Shown here: in pieces, positions 13,901 to 23,774 of the stretch
How the letters are laid out: every line of letters begins with the position of its first letter
Position numbering within the stretch: position 1 is the stretch's first letter
Assembly (NCBI GenBank): GCA_020137815.1
Contig: CM035352.1
Span: 8,866,001 to 8,930,000 of the forward strand
DNA from: Hormiphora californensis
Taxonomy: Eukaryota > Animalia > Ctenophora
Length of the DNA stretch: 64,000 bases
Reading direction: 5' to 3'
Made by a program: the position numbers and the translations under genes
Notes under the pieces: generated by a model
Databases searched by the model: none
What the model was told of the DNA's origin: nothing
Seen by the model: only the letters and a program-made list of their open reading frames with translations

Positions 13901-16900
13901 TTTAATTTCCTTGTTTGATTGGAAGTCACCGTGGAGTTCAGCTGCTGGGTCATTAGTACTTATCCCGGTGAATTGCTTGAACACAGAGCGGCCCAGTGGC
14001 TCGGATGGTAGTGACGCCGGTGAGCCCTCCCGTGTGAAGCGAGAGGCCGGTGGTTCGAGCCTGGGTGACTTTTTGTGCAGTTTTTTGATGGAGTGAGAGG
14101 CTTGTTGTTTTGGTGCCGAGTGGGTGATCCGGTATCTTGGGATTGGGGATTTAGGAGAAGTGAGCTGGCACAGATGCATGTGCATGTGCTTATTCACCCG
14201 GGCCCAGCTAATAAAGTACCAGAAAAGTCCTATAATAAATGTTAAGAGACCTAACACTTGCTCACAGACTACACTCGCTCAGAGCACGTATAACTAAACA
14301 GTTTGATATATGGTCATAACATGGTACAGACAAATTGACCATATATGGTCATAACTTGACTCACCATACATGGTTATAACATGGGTCACATGATCATCAC
14401 GTGCCTACAGTCACGTGATACCATGTCACATCACGTGTTGGTCACGTGACTTGGCACATGATAAATCACGTGATGCACATGATTGGTCATGTGATGTGTC
14501 ACGTGACAACCAACCGTCCAATAGCAGCAGAGTATTCAGGTCACGTGATACCATGTGACGTCACGTGTTGGTCACGTGACTTGGTGCCCCGCCACGTCAC
14601 AGAATCAGGTGCGAGCGGTCCACACTATCTACTCCCCATTACCCCCTGCTACCAATTACCATACATCTTTACTCCTAGCAACAGCGAAAAATAAGAAAAA
14701 AACCGTAAAAACCAAAAGACCACTTCGAAGCTCCCCAGTCACACCTGCTAACTCTCCAGTTACCTCCTTAGTTACCCTAGTTACCTCCTAGTTACCTCCT
14801 AGTTACCTCCTAGTTACCTCCTAGTTACCTCATTGCACAGTAGTGTAGTGTATTTCTGCAGCAGCATCTCGGCCCCAAAACTCATCCCTTTCTCATCCTC
14901 ACCGGCCTTACTGCGCCCTGAGTTCCGGGTATGACGGGGTAGTGATATGAACATACTGATGAGCCGCCACTGGAAACCAAACAGTAGCTTGATGACCGGG
15001 CTAGCGTCCTCTGAGTCTTCAACCTCGCTATGGCTACCTGGAGGAATAGAGCTCAGATAAGTGAACCATGATGATGGTGTGAATTGTGATATGAAGAAAA
15101 AAACAGAAATATAAAATGTGGTATCACATATTACAGAAGGATGGAAAACTGATACGCCGATAACGTTCCCAGGGATTGTAATGACTGCACTTACCCTTGG
15201 AAGCTAGGTGAAGGGCAGTAATGCACTCAGTGGAGTTGGTTGATATTAGACTCTGTAGGAGGTTCAACAAGGGGTTACCACACAACTGATCTTTATCTTC
15301 GTCATCACCCGAACTTGCTGAAATGAAGAGAGGTGTTTTATGAAGGAGTCACCATGACATGCCCGCTCAGATCCCTATCATAGTTTTGAAATGGACGTCG
15401 AAGTCGTCTCTCGAGAAATTTGCTAGGCAACAGTGCTCCTTCATAAAATCTCCTTTATTTGGAGCTATTTTCTCACCATGTTTGGGGCTATTTTATTTTC
15501 TTACCATGTTTCTTATTCTTATCATCTATCTTCTCAAAGTGTAGCTCGCTGTTGATAGCAGCCTGGATAGAATGCTGGATCTCCCACGGTGACAGTAAAC
15601 TCTCAATGAGCAGTCTAAACATGAACCGCTGGCCTGGTGTCCCTACCTCGTCAGATACTATGGGGACCATCTTGGCACGCTCATTTACCTCTGGCAGCAA
15701 TATCATCCAACCTAGGGGGTTTGTGGGGTATTAATATTATCGTCTTTACAAAATTTGGGCTGTTGTATATCAAGATTCAAGAATGGATATTAGTGCGATT
15801 GAGGTTGATATTAGAGAGCATCACTCACCACACTGCAGAGTGTTTTGTGCACACGCCTGTATGTCAGTGTTCACACACGTATCGGTAGCTAGGAACACCA
15901 CTCTATCCTTCAAGGCAGTTAGAAGTCTGGAGGGCAGCACCAGACCCGAATCAGGTCCCTCTAGGACGGCAGCATGAAGCTGGAGAGTGAGGAGTTGAAC
16001 ACACGACATTATCAAACATATCTCCTCTTTAGTCGGATTCAACCACCCCTCGCTCGTTATGTTATCACACACCAGACTCAGCAATCCGGCCAACTTCTCC
16101 ACTGTCTCTACAGAGACGTTTAGGCAGAAGGGTAGACGTGTTCCTATGGATGGATTCTGGGCAGCTGACCAAGCGATGGTGTGGTGGGGTCCACATGTAA
16201 CACCCTTTATATCCCGGCTAACAAGGCTTGATACGGGGGATGCCTGGATAGTGCTGTTGATAACTGTCGTTCCATTACCTGAGACGAGAGGAAAGACTTA
16301 ACAATATATACAACTAAAAGTAGGAGTGATAAAACAAGAATGAATATGGTATAGTTGATTGAACTGCCCGTACTGTCCTTACGATCCCGATTACAAAACA
16401 GGATGAACAGTTCAAAAGTCGAGGGAGATAGTAATAAACAAATATAATACACATACCAAGTTGTCCCTTGTCATTGTGTCCCCAGGTTAAAATAACACCC
16501 TCCCCTGTCAACATGGCAACATGATTCGTACCCCCGCTGACACTGACCACCTTGTGGGTACCAGTGGGCAGTACAGCCGGTTCTTGGACATCCTCCTCTG
16601 CGTCTGGAGTGAGACACCTCCCCCACCAGTACACCCTGCCATCCCGAGTTACGGCCAGGGAGAATTGGAAACCTGCCAACACGTCCACACACACGGGAGG
16701 GATGCCTTCTACGGGCATCAGATGGCAGAAGCTGTTACATGCACCTGTTGTTGCTGAATAATGGGAGATATTTGTATTAAACAGTGTGCTGTTGTTAACA
16801 CCCTCTCTTTCTCGCTGTAACCGAGGTGGGGTTGGTAATACTCGATCAGAAAGTAAAAGGTAGATACAGTCGGACCCCGATTTAACGGCCCCGATTTAGC

Positions 16901-18036
16901 GGCACCCCGATTTAACGGCAGCATAATCTTCCCCCGATATAGAAAATCAACCATATTTGACCCCGATTTAGCGGACACCCCGATTTAACGGACAAAACCC
17001 TTTCCCCCGAGGGTGCCGTTAAATCGGGGTCCGACTGTACTACCAAGGGTGAGAGGGGGTTATAACATTACAAATATATGACACCACCTCGACCAAGCTG
17101 TCCATAATCACCATCACCACAGCTCCACACTCGACCATCACGAGATACAGCCAGGGTGTGAGCATCTCCACTACCACAAGCAACCTTGGTAAACTCTACC
17201 CTCTCTCCATCCTGTGTGAGAGAGAGAGGTAATTAGCAATAATTAGCTGTAATTATCGACAGATGTTGCATTGTTGTGTTTGGCAGGCAGCTTGGAGCTT
17301 TGGACCTGCGCGCGCGCAACATCAGTCCCCATAAACGGGTGATTTTGTGCGCGGAGGTGGTTGCAAGAGATGTCTCGCGCGTACCGTTAATGTGACTTTA
17401 CTCGGCACCAGTCTATCCACACAGTCACCGTGTCCAAGGCGTCCATATTTTCCTTTTCCCCAAGTGTACAGTGTGCCATCTTCGCTGATACATGCACTGT
17501 GCAGACTACCACAGGCTATCTCAGCTATCTGAAAATGTGGCGGTTTCGAGCTGCTGTTCAGATTGCAGTCATGTAGGAAAACAACGAAAATAGCGCTTAG
17601 TCATGAAGGACAGCACTGTGGGTAATTATACACAGTACCTTGGCAGATCCTAACGAGTTGATTCTGGTTGGTGTTTTACAATAACTGTTATCTCTATTCC
17701 CCAGGACTCCCCCATCCCCAAATCCCCAACTATACACCTCTCCCTGAGAGGTCATCGCCAGGAAATGTTTTCCCTCCGGGTGGGCAGCTATCTTCTTTAT
17801 TGTCACATCATCCTGGAGGAGGAGGGGAAGGAGGGAAGGGAGGGGGGGGGGGGTTGATAGTTTGAAAATCATGTTCATATTGTAAATATTGTTAATACTA
17901 GTTTTAGGATAAAATTGTAACTTTCATGCTGGTTCTGTCTGTTTATGTTTACGGGGGATAGAGAAAGGTATTGTTTTTATAGGTTTATGTCCTATCAATA
18001 TTGACTTACATTAGGAGAGACGCATGTAAATAAGAA

Positions 18037-18071
<35 letters not shown>

Positions 18072-20486
18072 AATAGAGAGGGTGAGAGAGATTCGAGAGA
18101 GAAAATAAAAGATAAATCTCTCGAACATATAACAGGGTGTAACCTAGTTTTACCTGTACAAAAGCATCCTGCAGTATAAACCGGTTCTTGAGTCGAGGCC
18201 CGTTTGTTCCGTGTGTCTGTTGGTATACCTGTCCATTCTGTGTCAGTACTATCACCCCTATCTCACAACAAGCTACCTCCTTCACCCCTGCAAACAGTCA
18301 GTGATTCAGTAGTATACAGTAGTATACAGTAGTATACAGTAGTATACAGTCGGACGCCTATTTACCGGGTTGGTTGAGGACAAGCGTTTTGCCCGGTTAA
18401 TCGGGGTTCGACTGTATGAATTGGTTCATTGATCTCCTGGAAAACTGAGCAACTCAGATACCTCAACAACTCTCTTACCAAGCTCAATGAGGGTCTCGCA
18501 CAAGATGGGTGACAACTCCATGCCAGTCCTCTCCTCATTACTCAGTTGGCCCCAACCGAACACTTCCTGTTCGGGCACAGAGGGTCCAGGACGGGACGGC
18601 AGGTGGGCTGCCCCGATCCGTGTCACGTGACTTAGCACCAGGAGGGCACCCTAGAAAAGAGAGATACCACATTAAAATGTGTTTTATAGTTTCTCCTTTT
18701 TTGTTTCAAGTAAATGTTTGAGTCGACTGACAATGTGTCCGCACATGTGAACAATTCAATCTATGCTATTATATATGTTTCCCTCCTCCCCATGTAACCC
18801 ACCGTTTTGAGTGCTACAGGTGTCATGGCGTTGTTGGGTAGCTGATTCTCCTGTATAAACTCTGCAGGAGGTCCACTAAAAGAAGGGGGTCCCTCAACAT
18901 TGGCTAGTTTTGTTAGACCCGGTACAAGGAGGGCATCATGAACGGTCTTGTCCGCTGTGATTCGGTTACTCTCCGCAGCTTGATCTCGACTTAGCTGTAA
19001 CACGATTAGATATACATATTAAATGATGGCGAAGACATATTTCATTGGATGTTTGCTTACACCTAATTCAAATGAAGATATATCATTGCCCGACAGATGT
19101 AAACCTATCTGATAGTAATAGTAGAGTGAACTAATTAATTTAATCCTAATCTCACTCATAAACTTACTCTTAGTGATATAAAAGCAAAGTCGAGCAGTGC
19201 AATTATATCGCCCCTTTGAACAGCCAACTCTAACAACAGTGCCACACATAACTGCCTATCGGCAGATGGGACAGAGCACTGCATAGTACTGGTCACAACC
19301 CCCGCCAGAAACCGGACTGTTTTGTTGACGATATCAGACCAGACAGGACTGTGGCTATCAAATAGAAGGGCTGGAGGAAGGGATTCCAGAGCCCAGAGGG
19401 TATCCTGTAGGACATCTGTACACAACTCCATATCGTCACCTGTAATATGTTGTTTGTAGTTATTTAGGGAGTAGTTAGTTGGAGATAGTTGGGGAGTAGT
19501 TTGGGGAGTTGGAAGTAGTTAGTTGCAGATAGCCGGGGAGAAAAATAGGGGCGTTGGGAGTAGTAGTTTGTAATAAGTAATTATTTGGGGAGTAGCTTGG
19601 GGAGTTGGGAGTAGGGGGCGCAATTCTTACTAACCAGATCTCCAAGTTTTCTTGAGAAATGCAAAGGCAAAGGACAGGCCAGCCCGTGCACCTAGCTTCG
19701 CAAAGTTATCGACCGGATTAGCCACTGTAGAAATAACTCCCCCACTATTATCCTCTTCCCCACTCCGGGAGTTACATATCGTCTTCTTCCGCAGTCTTGG
19801 GCTGTCAAAATTACACCTCGACAAGGCATCAAAGATCCGCTCAGCGATTAGGAGGCGCTTCTGTAGTCTCATTGAGGCGACGGTGTTTTGGGCGGAGTGC
19901 AGTGTTACAAACTGTTGCTCTGTATACAGCGACTGAAATGAGGGGGTGTCACTACTAATAATGGATGGAATATGTATCATGTTTTCCCTTCAACTATTGA
20001 TCGGTAGGGCGTGTTGTGTGAGAGATAGCAGCTAGAGAAGATATTAAAAAAGAGTTATCTAAAATACCCCAAATACCTTGAGAATTTGTTTGCAGTCATC
20101 ATTGGATGGTTCCTTTTGCCAGGTCCACCAGTCAAGGAGTACCGAGGAAGGGGTGTGGTCGACCGGGGCTCTCAGTGGACATCTCTCTATCTCTCCATCA
20201 GCAACTAGTTTGTCCCATAAGGCATGCCACCCAGATGGGTTAGAGAATACCTGTAAAAAAAGGGGGGTTCGGATTAGTCACCCCAACCCTCTAATGAAAA
20301 GTGATAGCTCAAATTGCAACAAATGGCAATCAATTTCCCCGGCGATTTATCATAAATTTATACAATTGACATAATGAATTCCCTGCGAGTTAACTACTTA
20401 TATCATTTTAATACCTTATAATCGATGGGCAGCCATTTTGAATCAAACTGCGGTTTGGATCGTAGGTTGTAGATCTGAGATATCAT
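1..20486 (-). CDS. HERC2: HERC2 E3 ubiquitin ligase, multi-exon 5' portion (continues beyond position 1)
   Basis: Exon 1 from ATG 20486 reads [24 protein letters not shown], like the HERC2 N-terminal LDSKWL. Later exons read [56 protein letters not shown] and [13 protein letters not shown]1-like repeats follow ([26 protein letters not shown]; [31 protein letters not shown]), then a cytochrome b5-like segment ([18 protein letters not shown], ~430-520). Introns are GT-AG. Confidence 0.9.
1811..2089 (-). CDS. Small C2H2 zinc-finger protein inside the Polinton-like element
   Basis: [24 protein letters not shown] matches C-x2-C-x3-F-x5-L-x2-H-x4-H. Confidence 0.6.
   Translation of the reverse strand: MECFHCDRTFSSKHNLATHKSRFHRSDYKSDFANNEGLIKLMMKAVLDGEIILTLEEKKKLLPARDSIREIVYNEAKLTDYDKTLESAKTNC
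2190..2523 (+). pseudogene. Putative Polinton/adintovirus core-protein-like (pVII-like) small gene, frameshifted
   Basis: [13 protein letters not shown] resembles the QxGxGxG protease-cleavage motif of Maverick/adintovirus core proteins; lies immediately upstream of the capsid gene. Confidence 0.4.
2531..3808 (+). pseudogene. Polinton/adintovirus-type major capsid protein (double jelly-roll), frameshifted
   Basis: Motifs across frames: [81 protein letters not shown]. Order and spacing are typical of Maverick/adintovirus MCP (~420 aa). Confidence 0.7.
3935..4701 (+). pseudogene. Polinton minor capsid (penton)-like gene, frameshifted
   Basis: Starts [15 protein letters not shown]...LDLNGHYEVAV, contains IPPGVYRNG, ends SMVLHFRS*. 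These terminal and internal patterns are typical of Maverick penton proteins; directly follows the MCP. Confidence 0.55.
9447..9881 (-). CDS. LINE ORF1 C-terminal SGNH/GDSL esterase-like domain (fragment)
   Basis: [10 protein letters not shown]...[16 protein letters not shown] resembles SGNH blocks I and III (GDS, GxND), here degenerate. Esterase domains are known in ORF1p of RTEX/CR1/L2 elements. Confidence 0.5.
   Translation of the reverse strand: MATNKRKPLLPVPTQKPRIESTVPQTKKTTIILSGNHRITSSDRSRRDSRSSTGRSYRKQYALVIDDGSLSKFDESAFASHLKVKLIPCKTLKGLASNDSSRINELVAKTNPDCICINVGWFDIQSGATTNEITEWCSKINPTY
11968..13746 (-). CDS. LINE ORF1 N-terminal region, 592-aa open stretch with hydrophobic segments
   Basis: Long ORF in the 5' part of the element; hydrophobic stretches [22 protein letters not shown] and [14 protein letters not shown]. 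Confidence 0.5.
   Translation of the reverse strand: MPAHFSQFLNYQIAQPPEPREHPIGTKIPSPPFHCKNAQKSQRSEPLTSRFTQAWFPASLPSAPPSRSIQWEFTGISTNDPAAEIHCDFQSNKSTTHPSNRTSTATARSPSRLTWLLAFTVLALTGLPITSAAGDTAVLYKNQFEGASRSQQYDPIPCTPALGIFNYTQPVEIYFSCCSLDWVTRPTAPPTSSAHPLALSARWLFLFSLLFMIIGQAPGDEKTPNPSDTDLSNSIANPVKLLDEPTPKKSPVKGSITGPFWLSPVTTILDSLTTSQQRITQSLVGAKDYSISGSGGSSLFEISAYLDNTELSIDLKTPDRPPPRPPISRNQLGTLKLRSPPLKRRPPGSGGVYRSTPYSSQSPIESIRRKIKSRIEKKLSVHSTRSRSNSEPCRGLHQGFQRMSLPGSAVVSEDLSAKVYLLDQLPHEETPTNPGQLNINEDLENEFSAVCGDMAKWVTSTISLDKDKLTYKQLNHELTSATTQRFESLKLCCVDISVTSIPPKTTSHALEPPGQNSNYPLTILLVGTKNHVLQLRPHQGTDIPLTEINVCPGNVIIIPREIASSISLYVRCDAIPGSVRDSRHSGYRQYFI
16867..17037. mobile_element. Tc1/pogo-type MITE in a HERC2 intron (related copies ~18347-18414, ~26785-26870, ~35833-35894)
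   Basis: TIR CAGTCGGACCCCGATTTAACGG...CCGTTAAATCGGGGTCCGACTG flanked by TA; internal CCCCGATTTA repeats. Confidence 0.75.
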
Positions 20487-20783
20487 CGGTACCGTGATTC
20501 ATGGTCAACCATGGCCTTCATATTTCTAAAATTGAAAGTGTTAACTGGAATTCTACTAAAACTGCACAATGAACTGTGGACCGGCCCTGGTCTCAGACAC
20601 CCAAGGACTCGTCACTCGCTGGGAGGAAGAAGTCTCTAGTCTCTGGCATCTGCTGCCGATACGAGGAGGTTAGCAAGCACTAACCAGCGAAAACCCAAAA
20701 GTGGAAACAAAATGGCTCACATAACCGTTACACTGTACAGAGCAAATGCAAAGCTGGTTGTTATCAGACTTCTTCCTCCCAGC

Positions 20784-20827
20784 GAGTTTCAAACTTTTCA
20801 ACACTACTTTAAACAAATTAATTTGAG
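20784..20827 (+). other. Genomic copy of the ctenophore spliced-leader exon (relic), upstream of the ORF1-only element
   Basis: GAGTTTCAAACTTTTCAACACTACTTTAAACAAATTAATTTGAG; 42 nt identical to the reverse complement of 56173-56214; not followed by GT. SL identity is from recall of published ctenophore SL sequences. Confidence 0.8.
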
Positions 20828-20873
20828 TTTTAGGATAAAGCTGATGTAACAGCCCACGAGGGGCAGAAAGAAA

Positions 20874-21893
20874 ATGGTAAATACGGATAATGAAGAAGAA
20901 GCAACTCCTCGGATTTACCTGGTAGCTCATCCTGGGAAACCGGCTACTGATATTGATAGGAGGAATGTCAACGACTGCCAACATGATACAGTATATTGGG
21001 TAAAAGACTTGTTGTCGGAGTGTTCAGGGTTTGGATACAGTAACCCAGAGGCAGTGAGATATGGAACTGGTCCTCCACCAAGGTCTACCTGGGATGATTT
21101 GGAGGTTCCGTCTGCGAGCAAGCTTAATACGCTGACGAAGAAAAAGCTGTTAGATTTTACTAAGAGGGCGTGTGGTATTTTGCTTGAACAGACATTCCCA
21201 CTAATTCAAAAGTTGCGTGACAAAGGTTGTGAAAGTATGATGGTTAGAGAGTGCAAAGAGGAGCTCAGACAGCACGGAAAGGAGCTAATTAAAGCTCAAC
21301 GAGACCTAGTAGCGGCACAAGAGGAACTACTCAATATCCAGAGGCAGTTGCTTGAAAAGAGGGAGGTTGAGATTACAGCTGTGCAGTCAACGGCACAGCA
21401 AGAAATGAAGAGCTTCTCCTCCGTTTTGAAGGAAGAATGTGCCTCGGCGCTGGCGCCAAAGAAAATTCAATCAGCTATTGTGGCAGCCTCTGAGGACCGT
21501 GGGTGCAACATCATCATCCATGGCCTGGAAGAGTCAATAAATAGTAGCGTGGAGCTTGAAACTCAAGTAGAGTCTCTTCTTGTTGAGCTAGGAGAGACTC
21601 AGAACGTGAAATCAGTGGAGCGCTTGGGAAGGCAGTCTTTAACTGTCAGACCAGTGAAAGTCGTACTGAAGAGCAGAGACGCTCAGATGTCGATCCTGTC
21701 GAAAAAATCCCGACTAAAAAGGACCGGCAAGTTCGATAAGGTCTTCATTTCGCCTGACAGGACTTTGGAGGAACGAAATGAGAGAAGACAGCTTGTTGAT
21801 CGACTGAAGGAAATGGTTCAAAGGTATCCTGGAAAACACTACTTCATTCGTGGGAAAGAGGTGGTGGAAGCACCAGGGACCACTGAGAATTGA
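20874..21893 (+). CDS. LINE ORF1p-like protein (coiled coil + RRM-like + CTD), intronless, 339 aa
   Basis: Heptad coiled coil, then NIIIHGLEES, VERLGR, RPVKVVL and KVFISPDRTLEERNERRQLV: the L1/CR1-type ORF1p pattern. Confidence 0.8.
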   Translation: MVNTDNEEEATPRIYLVAHPGKPATDIDRRNVNDCQHDTVYWVKDLLSECSGFGYSNPEAVRYGTGPPPRSTWDDLEVPSASKLNTLTKKKLLDFTKRACGILLEQTFPLIQKLRDKGCESMMVRECKEELRQHGKELIKAQRDLVAAQEELLNIQRQLLEKREVEITAVQSTAQQEMKSFSSVLKEECASALAPKKIQSAIVAASEDRGCNIIIHGLEESINSSVELETQVESLLVELGETQNVKSVERLGRQSLTVRPVKVVLKSRDAQMSILSKKSRLKRTGKFDKVFISPDRTLEERNERRQLVDRLKEMVQRYPGKHYFIRGKEVVEAPGTTEN

Positions 21894-22039
21894 AATTAAA
21901 TTTGTTGAGTTTAGAAGTGATGAGCGAGGAAAGGACAGTTGAGTTGAAAGGTGGTCATTTGTTTGATAGCCTCAATTATTTTTCAAGTTTCAAGTTTCAA
22001 GTTTCAAGTTTATGTGTGCAGGTCGGCGGAAGTTGGGCC

Positions 22040-22720
22040 CGAGGGAATTTGGATATAATTTTGACTAACAAATGCCCAAAAATTTAGTTCTTTTGCTGTT
22101 TGTTGCACTGCAGCCCCTCGACGCAAGATTTTCTACCGCCTTCCGAGTTCCAAGGCAGCCGAAAATTAAATTTAAGGATTAAAAAAATTGAAAAAGTCAA
22201 CTTTTTAAAAATGTGATTTTTCAAACTCGCGTCGTTTTTTAATTTCGTGAATTTAAAAAACGACGCGAGTTGAAATTTAAAGCGATGCATTTAACGTACG
22301 GCGCGAGAAATTAAAGCGCAAACTCTGCCGCGCCGTACGTCGGGAGTCGCGTCGAACCAAATAATAAAATTGCATTCCCGATTTTTGTTTTTATAAACAA
22401 CTTTTTGACTTTTTAGTTTTTGTTCGATTTCAGTTTTTGTTTGCATCAGGGGCGGCTCGTGGCCTTCGGTCATGAGCTGCCCTAACCGTCCGGGGCCTGG
22501 GGTAACAGCCCCGGTGAAGGGATTTGGGGATGAACCCCCCCCCCATCAACAGGGTCCAGGGGCATAGCGCCGGCGGGCTGCGGGGGTTTTGGGGCAGAGC
22601 CCACAAGCAGGATCCAGGGTTAGGCGGGTACCAAATCCGCCCCTGGTTGGCATGACGCTTGTGCATTGTGCCTCATGAGCAAACCCCTGCAACCAATTAG
22701 TTTTTTTTTTCGAAAAAGCT
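22040..22720. repeat. Interspersed repeat / DNA-transposon remnant upstream of MITD1
   Basis: Local palindrome aaactcgcgtcgtttttt...aaaaaacgacgcgagtt (~22222-22271) and GC-rich GGGGTCCAGGGGC/AGAGCCC-type motifs at 22490-22650. Confidence 0.35.
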
Positions 22721-22912
22721 TTCCCTTCCGAGTTCCGTTTTCTAATTTGAATACAGTTTTTGGTGTGCTTGAAAGTGTTATACCCGTTTTATCACCTCGA
22801 GGCTCCATTTCATGCCTTCCTTATATCCAGGTACAGTTTTACCATGAACAGAAAGTAGCTGCAAACATCAACAGAGAAGAAGAGCACTCTGCACTGAGGT
22901 CGAGCCCCCGTT

Positions 22913-23699
22913 ATGGAGGAAGCAGAACAAGTCCTCTACCGTGGTAAGGTGAAGGATGAAGAAGGAAGATTCGAGGAAGCACTTGAGTTGTACCAACAGG
23001 GACTTGAGAAGTTACTGGAAAAACTGAAACGTAAGTTAATCATAATTGTTAAAAAACTGTGTTTGTCATGGTCTGAGTTACTCTGTAGAGACTAGATAGT
23101 CTATGTCATGTTAGTTTCATTAACAATGATTAACTCCAGAGCCAATGTCTGAATCGACTCGGCTAAAGAAGCGGGAGATAATTGCCACATATATGACCAG
23201 AGCTGAAGCCCTGAAGCGTAAAAAGAACAAAGGTGAGAACAATGTTATTTCTTTAGTTGGTAATGAAATTACCCCTCCACGTGAGCGCCCCCAGTTTACA
23301 ACGTGACTTCGTAACCGATGCAGTTAGACTTCCATCCTGTGTGGTTTTACCCTCACTTCCCGATCAATTACCCCTGTTCTACTAATATTGCTAAATCCTA
23401 TGTGGTGCATTTCAGCGACAGTTCCACACGTGCAGGAGATTCGTATACAGAATGATGAGAGTGGATGGACGTACAGTCGGTTATTTGAGAAACCCCTCCA
23501 TGACTCTCCTTCGCATATCAGAATTCAGGATCCATACCTACACGCCCGGCATCAGGTTGGTGATACTTCGTGGGCTTTGTTTGCCGTGCTGGGCGCGGCT
23601 GGTAGTGTAGGGGTGACTGCGTAACCAAGGCATCAGGTTTAAAATTCTTCTAGCTGAATTCACGTCATAGCTTCATATACCTGTAATTAAATAGCAACA

Positions 23700-23774
<75 letters not shown>

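Larger units (their letters stand above)
5105..14305 (-). mobile_element. Apparently full-length ~9.2 kb non-LTR retrotransposon (RTEX-like), inserted in the Polinton right TIR
   Basis: 3' (TAAACT)n tail at 5105-5134 and a (GT)n-rich 3'UTR. ORF2 is broken by indels (9117->5622): APE ([30 protein letters not shown]), RT ([16 protein letters not shown]), [18 protein letters not shown] and a C-terminal CCHC. A long ORF1 region carries an SGNH-like domain. TIR sequence resumes exactly after 14305. Clade assignment is tentative. Confidence 0.85.
1175..14633. mobile_element. Non-autonomous Polinton/Maverick-like element (~4.3 kb once the nested LINE is removed) in a HERC2 intron
   Basis: 6-bp TSD CCCCAT at 1169-1174 and 14634-14639. 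Termini are AGTAG...CTACT. TIR of ~520 bp: 1175-~1692 versus 4910-5104 plus ~14306-14633 (right TIR split by the LINE). Capsid-like genes lie inside. Confidence 0.85.
20784..22011 (+). mobile_element. ORF1-only non-autonomous LINE derivative (HAL1-like organisation)
   Basis: SL copy, 46-nt UTR, intact ORF1, ~90-nt 3'UTR, then a (TTTCAAG)n tail at 21981-22011; no RT. The 5' boundary may extend to ~20575. Confidence 0.65.

Noticed and set aside
20575-20783. HDV-like ribozyme upstream of the ORF1-only element
   Set aside because: Hairpins are present, but I could not fit the nested double-pseudoknot (P1/P1.1/P2/P3) by eye.
20784-20827. SL copies as functional SL RNA genes (also 56173-56214)
   Set aside because: Neither is followed by the GT donor and intron portion of an SL RNA; both lead directly into a retroelement UTR and ORF1.
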